From Octopus bimaculoides (Eukaryota): DNA of 33,144 nt. The stretch's first letter is position 1. Each line of letters opens with the position of its first letter. The stretch lies in NCBI RefSeq assembly GCF_001194135.2, contig NC_068989.1, positions 37,231,306-37,264,449 on the forward strand, read 5' to 3'. Below, piece after piece: positions 22,200-33,144 of this stretch. A model generated the notes under the pieces. That model did no database searches. It saw nothing but the letters and a program-made list of their open reading frames with translations, and was not told where the DNA came from. Position numbers and translations under genes: made by a program.

Positions 22200-23620
22200 G
22201 GAAATCCACCTCCCAAGAAGATCTTGAATAGTTCTGGTTGAAAATCTGGAATGAAAAGAGGGATCTCTACCTCAATGCATCGTGACTAAATGCAGTAAGG
22301 AGGGAATTATGCACCAACATCAACAATAAAACATTTGCAACTAATCCGGGAACCCCCACCATAGCTGTAGGCAAACAACATAATGGGAAGGCACCTGGAA
22401 AGACCTAATAGTTGGGTACTGGCTTAAGAGGCTGACATTTTATATGAAACCATTAATAAGTATATTCAAAAGTATTATGGAAGGTCAGATTGATATACCA
22501 AATTGGCTTGCTGTAGCACAGGCAAATCTTGTTGCCAAGAATGCAACTACCGAATTGACTAAAAACTATAGGACATTTGCTTGCTTAAACATTATGTGCA
22601 AACTGTACACAGACTGTCTCAACCAATCCCTCCAGGGTCATTGTGAGTTTAAAAACATAGTGATTGATGAGCATTCCGATGGAAAGCAGGGTCTGTGGAG
22701 GCGTGCGAACAACTTTCAATAAACAAAGCTGTACTGTCTGAAGTAAAAACAAAAGAAAAACATCGGAGGAGCCTTACAACAGTATGATTTGATCATAGGT
22801 ATTTATTTGAATGTATTTTTACTCATGGCTGCTGAAGTATCTCCATTTGGCAAAAGTGCTTCCTATCTTAATTGTTGCCATTGAGAGGCTCACAAAGACC
22901 CGAGAAACAATTCTTATACTTAGAACAAAGGGCGAAACGATCGTCTCCAAATTTTATGAGGGAATATTTTAAGGAAAGAGTCTTTCTTCAATTCTGTTCA
23001 TTTTGGTACTAAATCCATTATCAATCATCCCTGTTACAAAAATCAAATGGCTATATGCTAGGGTCTGCAACTGCTAGAGATAATAATGTAATCCATAATT
23101 TGACTTCAAGGTTTAAGCTAAAAATGTTAACGATGCCAACCACAGATGGAGTTAATAACAAACTTTTCAGCTGACAAAGGGTAGAATTTGACCAAAAGAA
23201 AAGTTCATATTTGATTACTGAAGCTGGAAAATCAGTTTCCCAGATCCAAAACAAAGAATGCTAAAATTACTTAGGCATTGATGAAAATATCATACGAATG
23301 TAGCGTGAATAAAAATTGAGTGACCTGAGAATATTATGCCAGATCTTGGAAAATATGGCAATCGGAACTCTCTTTTTACAACAAGAAAATATCCCACAAT
23401 ACATTTGCTGTATCAGTGCTGGTTCCAACATTTGGGATGCTTGATAGGTCTGTTAAAGAAATCCACCCAATAGACGTTAAAACCCGCAAGATACTGACAT
23501 CAACTGAAAATATCCAATAGTGATATGGAGTGGCTCCTCCTAAGAAGATATAAAGGAAGCAGAGGTTTGAAATCAGAGCAGACAGGCGTCGAATGGCTAA
23601 ACAACGGTAGAGAAAATAAA
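22200..23620 (+). pseudogene. Non-LTR retrotransposon reverse transcriptase pseudogene, R4/Dong-like (restriction-like endonuclease clade)
   Basis: Colinear motifs: KAPG/DLIVGYWLKRL (22388, 1-nt frameshift), IPNWL..., NYRTFACLNIMCKL, GIF*GKSLSSILFILVLNPLS (22961; cf. GIFQGDSLSPLLF), YLGI, NTFAVSVLVPTFG..IDVKTRKILT (23398), L..R..G.RGL. Multiple stops and frameshifts; the xxDD catalytic motif appears deleted after HNL (about 23100). Confidence 0.9.
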
Positions 23621-23654
23621 TGCATTAACTTAGAGCTAAAAAGTGAAAAGAACA

Positions 23655-24890
23655 ATAACGTGCGTGTCGGCAGCGAGTTTCTCAGGAAGCACTCCCTTCT
23701 TCATGATCTCCCATGCAACCCCAAAGTGGCCGAACTTATTTACTTTTGCTACGGTTTTGTGTTTTTCTGTTGCTAACGGCTTTTTTCTGGTTCCTTCGAT
23801 ACTGGTTCTTTGGTTCACTGACAAATTTCTCTTCAGCCCGTACAATTCCTTATTTTTTTTTATAAAACATTCTTATTTACTTTCTGCTCGTCATATTAAA
23901 AAATATAATTTCCGTTACCCAGTTATTTTCATTTCTTATTATCTTCTGTACCTGTGTATTTCTGTATACGTATATAACCACTCCTAGAAGGAAAGTATCA
24001 AAATTGTCTACAATATCAAGGTCAGCCAAAAGAATGTCTCTGTCCAGGGAAACAGAGACAGCTGCAGAAAGGGAAGTATACCAAGAAACGAACAGAGTGT
24101 GCACTACAAAAGCCAGAGCAGAGCATCTCAACGTGATGAACAGAGGTATGCACAACTGACACGGAATAGACTCTCCACTGCAGAACGAAGAGCAGCTACA
24201 ACAGCTCAGAGAAGCAACTTCTATGAAGCAGTTTTCAATTATGATCCAGGAATTCATTATGCAGATGATACTAGAGTGTCCATTGATGCAATGACAACTG
24301 AGTGCATACATTGTAAAGCAAGGAAATGGCCTAGAGAGACACCTGCACTGTGCTGCAGTGGTGGAAAGGTTAAACTCACTGCAATCCCCCAACCTCCAGA
24401 GCCATTGAAGAAACTTTTGTCAACTGACCAAGATTCCAAGCATTTCCGAAACAAAATTAGACAAAAGAACACTGCACTACAGATGACATCATTTGGAACC
24501 ACAAGAGATTTAACTGAGCCAGGATTCATGAAAACTTTTAAGACCCAAAGTCAGATTTATCATCGGATTGGCTCTCTACTACCTCTGTCAAATGAATCAC
24601 CAAAATCGACCTTTCATTGTTTATAAACTGTACCTGTTTTTCGGTTACGAAACAAGCTACGCAAAACGTGTTTTTGAATTTCGTGTATTTACTTCATATA
24701 CATATATGAGTTGAAAACTTTCTTTTAACAATTCCCTTAACGTCTATGTTCCATGCTGGTATGGGTTGGAGAGTCATTAATGTAGAAAGTTGGTATCTCA
24801 GTCTCTAGCAGTTGAAACCTGCGTAATCAAGATGGCATTTTAAAATTTCATTATTCTCTTTAACCCGGGCAACGCCAGGTTAAAGTAATT
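23655..24890 (+). mobile_element. Internally deleted Helitron (RepHel N-terminus plus 3' hairpin end)
   Basis: RepHel N-terminal coding at 23980-24608; subterminal hairpin AACCCGGGCAACGCCAGGTT at 24862-24881. The terminal CTAG and 5' TC are not recognisable, so the boundaries are approximate. Confidence 0.8.
23980..24626 (+). pseudogene. Helitron RepHel N-terminal fragment (zinc-finger-like region and helitron-like N domain)
   Basis: TPRRKVSKLS..SRSAKRM..RETETAAERE, then AVFNYDP..Y....IDAMTTECIHCKARKWPRETPALCCSGGKVKL...PPEPLKKLL...SKHF...NTALQMTSFG...FMKTFKTQSQIYHRIGSLLP. These are canonical Helitron motifs (CxxC...CC..GKV, MTSFG, GQIYHRIGSL). Frameshift at 24115-24124; homology stops at about 24608. 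Confidence 0.93.
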
Positions 24891-25334
24891 ATATATATGC
24901 ATTTATAGACACACGCACACACAAGTGACTGCAACACTATGGCTTCATCTCCCGACCATGCCATTAGTTGTCCATGCTATCAACCTGTAATCTAACAAAC
25001 TCTGACCCACATCTATCTCAATGTTATCTCTTTATTCAAACCATTTTACTAAAAAAACAGAGGTATGAACCAATTTATCTAAACAGGCATCGATAAGAGA
25101 GTCGCTTCGACGTCGTAGATCCATACAAGAATTTCGATATCAGTCTTTTGGAAAAACAACAACAAAATATGCAACGTCGAAAACCAAAATATAAAAAAAA
25201 AAGTAAGGAAGAAGAAAAAATTGGATTATCATGGCGCTAATGCCTTTGAAGATAAACTTAATATGGATGACCTGTAGGGCTGACAAGAGCAAAAATTACA
25301 TTAACAACTTATTTATTTGTCCTCCCCCTCAAGA

Positions 25335-25600
25335 ACAACAACAACAACCACCACAATACCAAGAACAGTAGTAGCACCATCACTATGGCCACCACCACCA
25401 ATAACGTGCCACCACCAACACACATCTCAATAAGCACCATCGTCATATCACCATCATCATCACTGCACCACTAAAACCACCACCACCACCACCACCACCA
25501 CTATTACTCTATCATCATCATCATCAACATCATCATCATCATCATCATCATCAGCAGCAAAAATGATAGCGACGCTGAGGACCACAACAATAGCAACAAG
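25335..25600. repeat. Degenerate (CAA/CAC/CAT/CAG)n trinucleotide tract
   Basis: Direct reading. Confidence 0.9.
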
Positions 25601-25686
25601 AAAAATGTGATACTGACAACTGGTGATTTAGAATACCGACTCAGGTAGAATGTCTACTAACCTCCAGTTTGTATGTGTATATGCAC

Positions 25687-25689
<3 letters not shown>

Positions 25690-25731
<42 letters not shown>

Positions 25732-25826
25732 CATGACCTATTGAGTCGGCCACGGTAATAAATGAAGTTTTGGAAAACTTCAAAATTTGTAACTCAGAGA
25801 TCCCAATCAGCATAATAAAAAGTATA

Positions 25827-25857
<31 letters not shown>

Positions 25858-25860
25858 ACA
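25690..25860. repeat. (GT)n at about 25690-25725 and (TAAA)n at about 25828-25858
   Basis: Direct reading. Confidence 0.9.
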
Positions 25861-26164
25861 CACATACAAAGAAAAAAAATAGCTGCAAAATAACGATGTT
25901 GGAAATAAAAATAATACAGATAAAATAAATACAAAACATTGAAGAGAAATATTGTTAAAATACAAAGAAGAAAGAAAAAGAAAAAATGGCGGAAAGTTGA
26001 AAAAGTGCCGCTGGCTGTGTTGAATCAGTAAATAAAATAAGCTGATTCGAAATACTGTAGCAGCCATATTAAAACCATTGGAAACTTTCATATCGCAACA
26101 CATCAAAATTTACCATATCACAGACATATGTCCTTTTAATTTTTCTCATTCTTTCTTCATTCGG

Positions 26165-26200
26165 TCTTGCTGTTGCTGCTGCTACTGCTGCTGCTGCTGC

Positions 26201-26243
<43 letters not shown>

Positions 26244-26616
26244 CTTCTTCTTCTTCTTCTTCTTCTTCTTCTTCTTGTTCCTGCTCTTGTTCTTCCTCTT
26301 GTTGTTGTTGTTCTTCTTCTTCTTCTCGTTGTTGTTGTTGTAGTTGTTGTTATTGTTGTTGTTGTTGTTGTTGTTGTTCTTCTTCTTCTTCTTCTTCTTC
26401 TTCTTCTTCATGTTCCTGTTCTTGTTCTTCCTCTTGTTGTTGTTGTTCTTCTTCTTCTCGTTGTTGTTGTTGTTGTTATTGTTGTTGTTGTTGTTGTTGT
26501 TGTTGTTCTTCTTCTTCTTCTCCTTGTTGTTGTTGTTGTTGTTGTTCTTCTTCTTCTTCTTCTTCTTCTTCTTCTTTTTCTTCTTCTTCTTTTCTTCTAT
26601 TTCTTCTTCTCCTTCT

Positions 26617-26650
<34 letters not shown>

Positions 26651-27090
26651 TTTCTTCTTCTTCTTCTTTTTGTTGTTGTTGTTCTTTTTCTTGTTCTTCT
26701 TGTAACTGTTGTTGTTGTTGTTGTAGTTGTTCTTCTTCTTCTTCTTCTTCTTCGTCCTTCATTTCACAGCCTCCTTCACTTCTTCTTGTTCTTCTTCTTC
26801 TTGTTCTTCTTGTTCTTGTTCTTCTTCTTCTTGTTCTTCTTCTTCTTGTTCTTCTTCTTCTTGTTCTTCTTCTTCTTGTTCTTCTTCTTCTTGTTCTTCT
26901 TCTTCTTCTTCTTCTTCTTCGTCCTTCATTTCACAGCCTCCTTCACCTCCTCCTCCTCTTCTTCTTCTTCTTCTTCTTCTTCTTCTTCTTCTTCTTCTTC
27001 TTCTTCTTCTTCTTCTTCTTCTTCGTCCTTCATTTCACAGCCTCCTTCACCTCCTCTTCTTGTTCTTCTTCTGCTTCTAACCTCTCTTCT
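26165..27090. repeat. About 0.9-kb compound (TGC)/(TTG)/(TTC) array with higher-order repeats
   Basis: Direct reading; 30-bp motif CTTCGTCCTTCATTTCACAGCCTCCTTCAC at 26750, 26917 and 27021. Confidence 0.97.
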
Positions 27091-27544
27091 TCCTTGTGTT
27101 ATTATTTATTTATTTACATATTTATTCTTATTTCTTGCAGATGAATTGATTTAAACATTTCAAGGCAACAGCTGAAGAAATAGCCTTTACACCCACCAGC
27201 AGAAATACAACCACACCGTCCCCACCCCCGGCATTCCACCACCTTCACCAGCCTCCAGCAAAACAATAACAACACCTACCATTTCAGCTACTACAAGAAA
27301 AAAAGAGATATTTATAATTGTCGCTTTGGTTAAAACGATCAAATAGAATTGTATAAATATGTCAACACACACACACACATGCCTCTAGGCACAAACACAC
27401 ACACATCTGCATGTATGTATGTGTATGTGATACACACACATGTGCATATGCGTGTATATATGCATGTACATTTATATCAATATGTATATATATAGGTATG
27501 CATACATATATATATGTACTTGTATGCGTGTGTATGTACAAACA

Positions 27545-27545
<1 letters not shown>

Positions 27546-27580
<35 letters not shown>

Positions 27581-27917
27581 CATATGTTTATTGACTAACA
27601 TCTATATATGCATCTCTCTTTCTCCTCGACTCTATGTACACATACTTAAACGAACGGATACATACGTATATATNNNNNNNNNNNNNNNNNNNNNNNNNNN
27701 NNNNNNNNNNNNNNNNNNNNNNNNNNNNNNNNNNNNNNNNNNNNNNNNNNNNNNNNNNNNNNNNNNNNNNNNNNNNNNNNNNNNNNNNNNNNNNNNNNNN
27801 NNNNNNNNNNNNNNNNNNNNNNNNNNNNNNNNNNNNNNNNNNNNNNNNNNNNNNNNNNNNNNNNNNNNNNNNNNNNNNNNNNNNNNNNNNNNNNNNNNNN
27901 NNNNNNNNNNNNNNNNN

Positions 27918-27988
<71 letters not shown>

Positions 27989-28081
27989 CATATGTTTATT
28001 GACTAACATCTATATATGCATCTCTCTTTCTCCTCGACTCTATGTACACATACTTAAACGAACGGATACATACGTATATAT
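27546..28081 (+). repeat. Identical about 128-bp direct duplication flanking N-gap 27674-27917
   Basis: 27546-27673 equals 27954-28081, including the CA(TA)8CA length. Confidence 0.9.
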
Positions 28082-28100
28082 TTAGAAATATATATCTGCA

Positions 28101-28104
<4 letters not shown>

Positions 28105-28140
<36 letters not shown>

Positions 28141-28270
28141 TATATACATACATATATATATGCATATACATAATACATATACTCAGGTATACATATATCT
28201 ATATGTATGTGTGTGTATTTGCGGGGTAGCGTGTATGTGAGACTGTATGTATCTTTGTGTGTGTATCTGT

Positions 28271-28355
<85 letters not shown>
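28105..28355. repeat. (AC)n and long (GT)n microsatellites
   Basis: Direct reading. Confidence 0.95.
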
Positions 28356-28357
<2 letters not shown>

Positions 28358-28559
28358 TGTGTGTAAGTGTAGCGATAAATGTTCATACATATATATTTCC
28401 AAATATTCATGTATACAACTTTAGCTATATATCAGAGATAAATACGTATGTATATTTCTAGATGTATGTGCAAATCTTTGTGTTGTTCGGCATTTTAATA
28501 AATAATATTGATATTATTTGTAAATCAGTCAGTTTTCTCTTGTCATCTTCAACATCATT

Positions 28560-28803
28560 CTGTCGTCGTTGTTATCCTCATCAGCATCATCGTCGTCGTC
28601 GACGTAGTTTCTTCGTCGTCATCATAATCACCCATAATCATGATCGTTAGTAATGCTCTATTCATCATCAGCAGTTTCTACATCGTCGTCACCACCACCA
28701 CCACCACCACCACCACCACCACCACTAACGCTGCTGCCACCGCCGCCACTACCGCCGTCACCGCCGCCACCGCAACCCGCAACTTCGTACTTGTCGCCTT
28801 GTT

Positions 28804-28834
<31 letters not shown>

Positions 28835-28991
28835 AGCAGCAACAGTAGCAGCAGCAGTAGCAGCAGCATGATACATCAACTTCAAACTCGTTAAATCTAC
28901 AATCATTTACCATCAGTGTTGTCGTGGTCGTTGTCGTACAGCACTACCACAATCACCACCACCACCACCACCACTGCCATTGTTGTCCTGC

Positions 28992-29061
<70 letters not shown>

Positions 29062-29085
29062 CATCAACATCATCATCATCATCAC
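28560..29085. repeat. Compound (CGT)/(CAC)/(CCG)/(CAT)/(CAG) trinucleotide tract
   Basis: Direct reading. Confidence 0.95.
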
Positions 29086-29503
29086 TATTGCAGCTTCCTC
29101 ATCGAGATGCAATTATAGACAAATGGAAAGGTCTTAATATAGTTTCATTANNNNNNNNNNNNNNNNNNNNNNNNNNNNNNNNNNNNNNNNNNNNNNNNNN
29201 NNNNNNNNNNNNNNNNNNNNNNNNNNNNNNNNNNNNNNNNNNNNNNNNNNNNNNNNNNNNNNNNNNNNNNNNNNNNNNNNNNNNNNNNNNNNNNNNNNNN
29301 NNNNNNNNNNNNNNNNNNNNNNNNNNNNNNNNNNNNNNNNNNNNNNNNNNNNNNNNNNNNNNNNNNNNNNNNNNNNNNNNNNNNNNNNNNNNNNNNNNNN
29401 NNNNNNNNNNNNNNNNNNNNNNNNNNNNNNNNNNNNNNNNNNNNNNNNNNNNNNNNNNNNNNNNNNNGAGTGAGAGAGTGAGTGTGTGTGAATGTATTTG
29501 ATA

Positions 29504-29548
<45 letters not shown>

Positions 29549-29934
29549 TACATATATGTATTTTTATATAGGGGAGCGCATGGGAGAGAGTGAGAGAGAG
29601 AGGGTGAGAGTTAGATAGACAGAGAGAGAGAAAGTGATAGAGACATGTGTGCGTGGATGATTGTGTGATAGAGATTATGCCTATGTGAGTGTGTTTGTGC
29701 GTGTGTGTGTGTGAGTTTTGTAATAGTATTTTCTATATTTATAAACCACCTTCAGCGTTATCCTAATAATGATTGCCAAGATGCTCTCTACCACCGCCAT
29801 TGCCAACATTGCTTACAACGAAGCGTACAACTAACACCAATACCAAACGCCAGAACCGACCACTCTAGCAACAATGCCCAAACTACCAGCATCACAATTA
29901 ACGCCGCTACTAATGTTACTAATAATGCTATTTA

Positions 29935-30545
<611 letters not shown>

Positions 30546-31290
30546 TACTGCACACACCGTAAGGCTGCTATATGTACTTCCGCGTTTTTTTCCATTAGTG
30601 AGACGGAGTTAGCGCCATGTCTGCGTTAGACTGACATTTTATTAACGTATTATTAATTTTTTCTGTATTAGATTATAAGATATTAGATCTACTGAGAACT
30701 CTCACAATTACACAAATATATCGGCAATTCTCCGGAGTTATTTAGCTCTATCGGGATCTTTGTGAAGTCAATTAATCCTAGAATACGTTTTTCAATTAAA
30801 TTATAAAATTCTGTTTACGGAGTTACAGTTCAGTAATCATAATGATAAGTTAAAATATTAAAGTGGGGTGGTACGTTAATCGATTTATTTTTGAATTTGA
30901 ATTATTTTTTGATAGACCAGAAGCATATTTCAGAAGTTTCTGCTGATAATAGACAACTTATAGTCTATACATAAAACGTCCTTTCTACAATTTCCCCTGA
31001 CGAAACATCATTCCGATTTAGTTAAAAAACATCGGTTCGCTTACACTGAGAGTATTCACTGCTAAAGGTTATGTGTGTAGATGTCTGGATATGTGACAAG
31101 AAGAACAGCTTGACCTATTAGGCACTTACATATTAGTACATATGCGCGCGCGCACACACACACACAAGCATACAAATATAAAAACACACAAGCATACAAA
31201 AATAAAAGTATTGTGCATGTGTTTGTGTTGATGCGTGCGTAATGTTAATGCACACGCACACATCAACACAAGCAAGGTTGTGCCTTTCAC

Positions 31291-31993
31291 AAGTAAAGCA
31301 CAATATTGGCTTGTAAATGTTTAATATACTTGGTACTATATTATGGTTTCAAAATGAAATACCGTGTCCTTTCTGGCAATTAATATTTACGTACCAGATG
31401 CCAGCAATGTGTTTAATAAGTGATTTGGTCTACCCTATAGTATCACACTGCTAAACTTAGTGGGCATTTAAGCAACCCGTTCTTGGATAGTTGATGGGTT
31501 GGATGTGGTGCTGATGAAAGACCAATAACTCTTGAAACATAAATATTCACTCAAGACCCTATTTTTAAAATCTTGGATCGTATTGTTTACTTAAACATAT
31601 TCGTATACTCACACAAATGGTCTGAATTTTGTAGAACATCTGTAGCGATAAACTTAAAAATGAGAACATCGCACTGCAAACACGAAAGTAATGCACAGTA
31701 TTGACTTGTAAACCTTTAATATACTTGGCTGTATTTTATGGTTGTAAACGATATACTGTGTCGTTGCTAGCAATTAATCTTTACGTACCAATTGCCAGAA
31801 ATCTGTTTAAAATGTGAATTGGTCTATCCAATAGCGTTACACCAATAAACTTAGCAGCTATTTAAGAAATATGATAGTTGATGGGCTTGATGTAGTGCAG
31901 AAAAAGGAGAAGTAACTCTTGAAATATTCATTTACACTCATTAGCTATTTTTTGTATCTGCTGTCGAATTGATTACATAGACGTATTCGTATA
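31291..31993. repeat. Diverged tandem duplication, period about 395 bp
   Basis: 31291-31607 aligns with 31686-31993 (TTTAATATACTTGG, TTTACGTACCA, GATAGTTGATGGG, TAACTCTTGAAA, TATTCGTATA); roughly 70% identity by eye. Confidence 0.9.
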
Positions 31994-32068
31994 TAAAACG
32001 TCGTAACTTTCACTGCTGGCTCTCACTTCATTTAAAAATTCTCTCTCTCCCTCCCCATCTCTCTATCA

Positions 32069-32148
<80 letters not shown>

Positions 32149-32399
32149 ATTTATGTATATATTAATATTATCTCGGTTTAAAAAAATCCTTGACAATGTA
32201 AATATGTTAATAGTTACTATAGGTAGCAAAAATCACACAAAAAACACCAGGATGTCACACCCGTTTTATAGGTAGAGATACCAAGTTAAAGCAATGCATT
32301 TTGAGTATATATGAATAATAATAATAATAATAAATGGAGCAAAACGCATATAAACAAAAGTTCTTTTAATTCCTGAATATGTTTCAAAATATATGTGCA

Positions 32400-32561
32400 C
32401 TCTACTCCAAAGAAGTAAGAGGTGCTGGAATTGCACATATATTCATCGCCAGGGAACCAACATATAGAAGCACACAAATGCGAAGCATCCAATATTCGCT
32501 GTTCTCTATTTTTCGCGGGTGCTCTAGGAACGTAACCCCCGCAAATACCGGGGGACTACTG
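32400..32561 (-). mobile_element. Orphan Tigger/pogo-type terminal segment
   Basis: Minus strand reads TA-CAGTAGTCCCCCGGTATTTGCGGGGGTTACGTTCC, the CAGTAGTCCCC...GCGG TIR typical of Tigger-family elements, with a flanking TA. The left boundary is uncertain. Confidence 0.65.
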
Positions 32562-32569
32562 TATATAAG

Positions 32570-32819
32570 AAATTAAATGGGTAGCTTATTAGTAATTTGA
32601 ACCTAAAGGCAAAATTAATAGAGGTCGATTTCGGAGTTTGATCCGACTATGTACGCTGAGGACTTATCTCCCATTGTCAAACATTAAGCACAGTGTTTTG
32701 AGGCTTTTGAGTTGTTTTAACTCTTGTTTCTAGCAAAAGCTGGTGCTGGTCAGTACTCTCCATCACTTTTGTAAACGTTATTAATTTTGCCTTTAGGTTC
32801 AAATTGCTCCATTTAATTT
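32570..32819. mobile_element. Foldback/MITE-like element with long terminal inverted repeats
   Basis: Perfect 27-bp IR AATTTGAACCTAAAGGCAAAATTAATA (32594-32620 / 32779-32805) plus outer 11-bp IR AAATTAAATGG (32570-32580 / 32809-32819). No TSD found. Confidence 0.6.
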
Positions 32820-32968
32820 GTTGTTTACACTTTTACCGCTTTGAAAATCAGCACATGTTTTCAACGGTTCTTCTTATATGATTGACAAAGGTAGTTGAGT
32901 TTAACCTTAACCGTTAAAAGTTGCTGACGAGTATTAAGACGCTATGCATCAAAATCCGAAATCATTCG

Positions 32969-33110
32969 ATTCGATTATGTACGCTGGGGACTTACTCCCT
33001 TTATCAGTCATTAAATGCAGTGCTTTGTGGCTTTTGAGTTGATTTAACTCTTATTTCTAGCAACAATAGCTGGTGCTGGTTAGTACCCTCTATCACTTTT
33101 GTGATCTCTA

Positions 33111-33115
<5 letters not shown>
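32969..33115 (+). repeat. Diverged direct copy of 32641-32785 (offset 328 bp), ending in (TA)n
   Basis: TATGTACGCTG.GGACTTA...GGCTTTTGAGTTG.TTTAACTCTT.TTTCTAGCAA...AGCTGGTGCTGGT.AGTAC...ATCACTTTTGT is shared. Confidence 0.9.

Positions 33116-33144
<29 letters not shown>

Noticed and set aside
23877-24392. 171-aa minus-strand ORF
   Set aside because: Antisense shadow of the Helitron RepHel sequence; no recognisable motifs.
26750-27050. CRISPR-like reading of three identical 30-mers
   Set aside because: Spacers are (TTC)n/(TTG)n of unequal length, the context is eukaryotic and there are no cas genes.
26078-27154. 358-, 266- and 201-aa homopolymeric ORFs (poly-C/S/L/F, poly-E/K/N)
   Set aside because: The triplet array lacks stops in most frames; no start context, splice signals or complex domain, and the acidic frame shifts into poly-K/N.
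28640-29137. Poly-His/Pro/Ala/Thr ORFs resembling transcription-factor low-complexity regions
   Set aside because: Compound trinucleotide tract open in nearly all frames with no adjoining domain.

Overview
AT-rich eukaryotic non-coding DNA, saturated with di-, tri- and tetranucleotide microsatellites and broken by 8 N-gaps, most of them next to microsatellites. The SINE families and microsatellite load strongly suggest an octopus (coleoid cephalopod) genome; this is recognised from memory, not from a search. I see no intact host protein-coding gene, tRNA, rRNA or CRISPR array, and nearly all listed ORFs are microsatellite or N-gap artefacts. The interpretable content is a transposon graveyard: a mariner transposase 3' half with its TIR (4.4-4.8 kb), two mariner MITEs in opposite orientation (10.0 and 18.6 kb), a decayed rosa/DD41D-like transposase (7.0-7.6 kb), a Tigger/pogo transposase relic (12-13 kb) plus an orphan Tigger end (32.5 kb), a possible LTR gag relic (13.8-14.2 kb), an R4/Dong-like reverse transcriptase pseudogene (22.2-23.6 kb) followed directly by an internally deleted Helitron (23.65-24.9 kb), many tRNA-derived SINEs (two with TSDs) and probable Penelope-like ends carrying decayed hammerhead-like motifs. 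The less explained structures are a higher-order trinucleotide array (26.2-27.1 kb), a diverged 395-bp tandem pair with a lipocalin-like GxWY stretch, and a foldback element with a perfect 27-bp inverted repeat whose downstream partial copy carries a micro-inversion (32.6-33.1 kb). I found no convincing novel functional system; the findings are leads.
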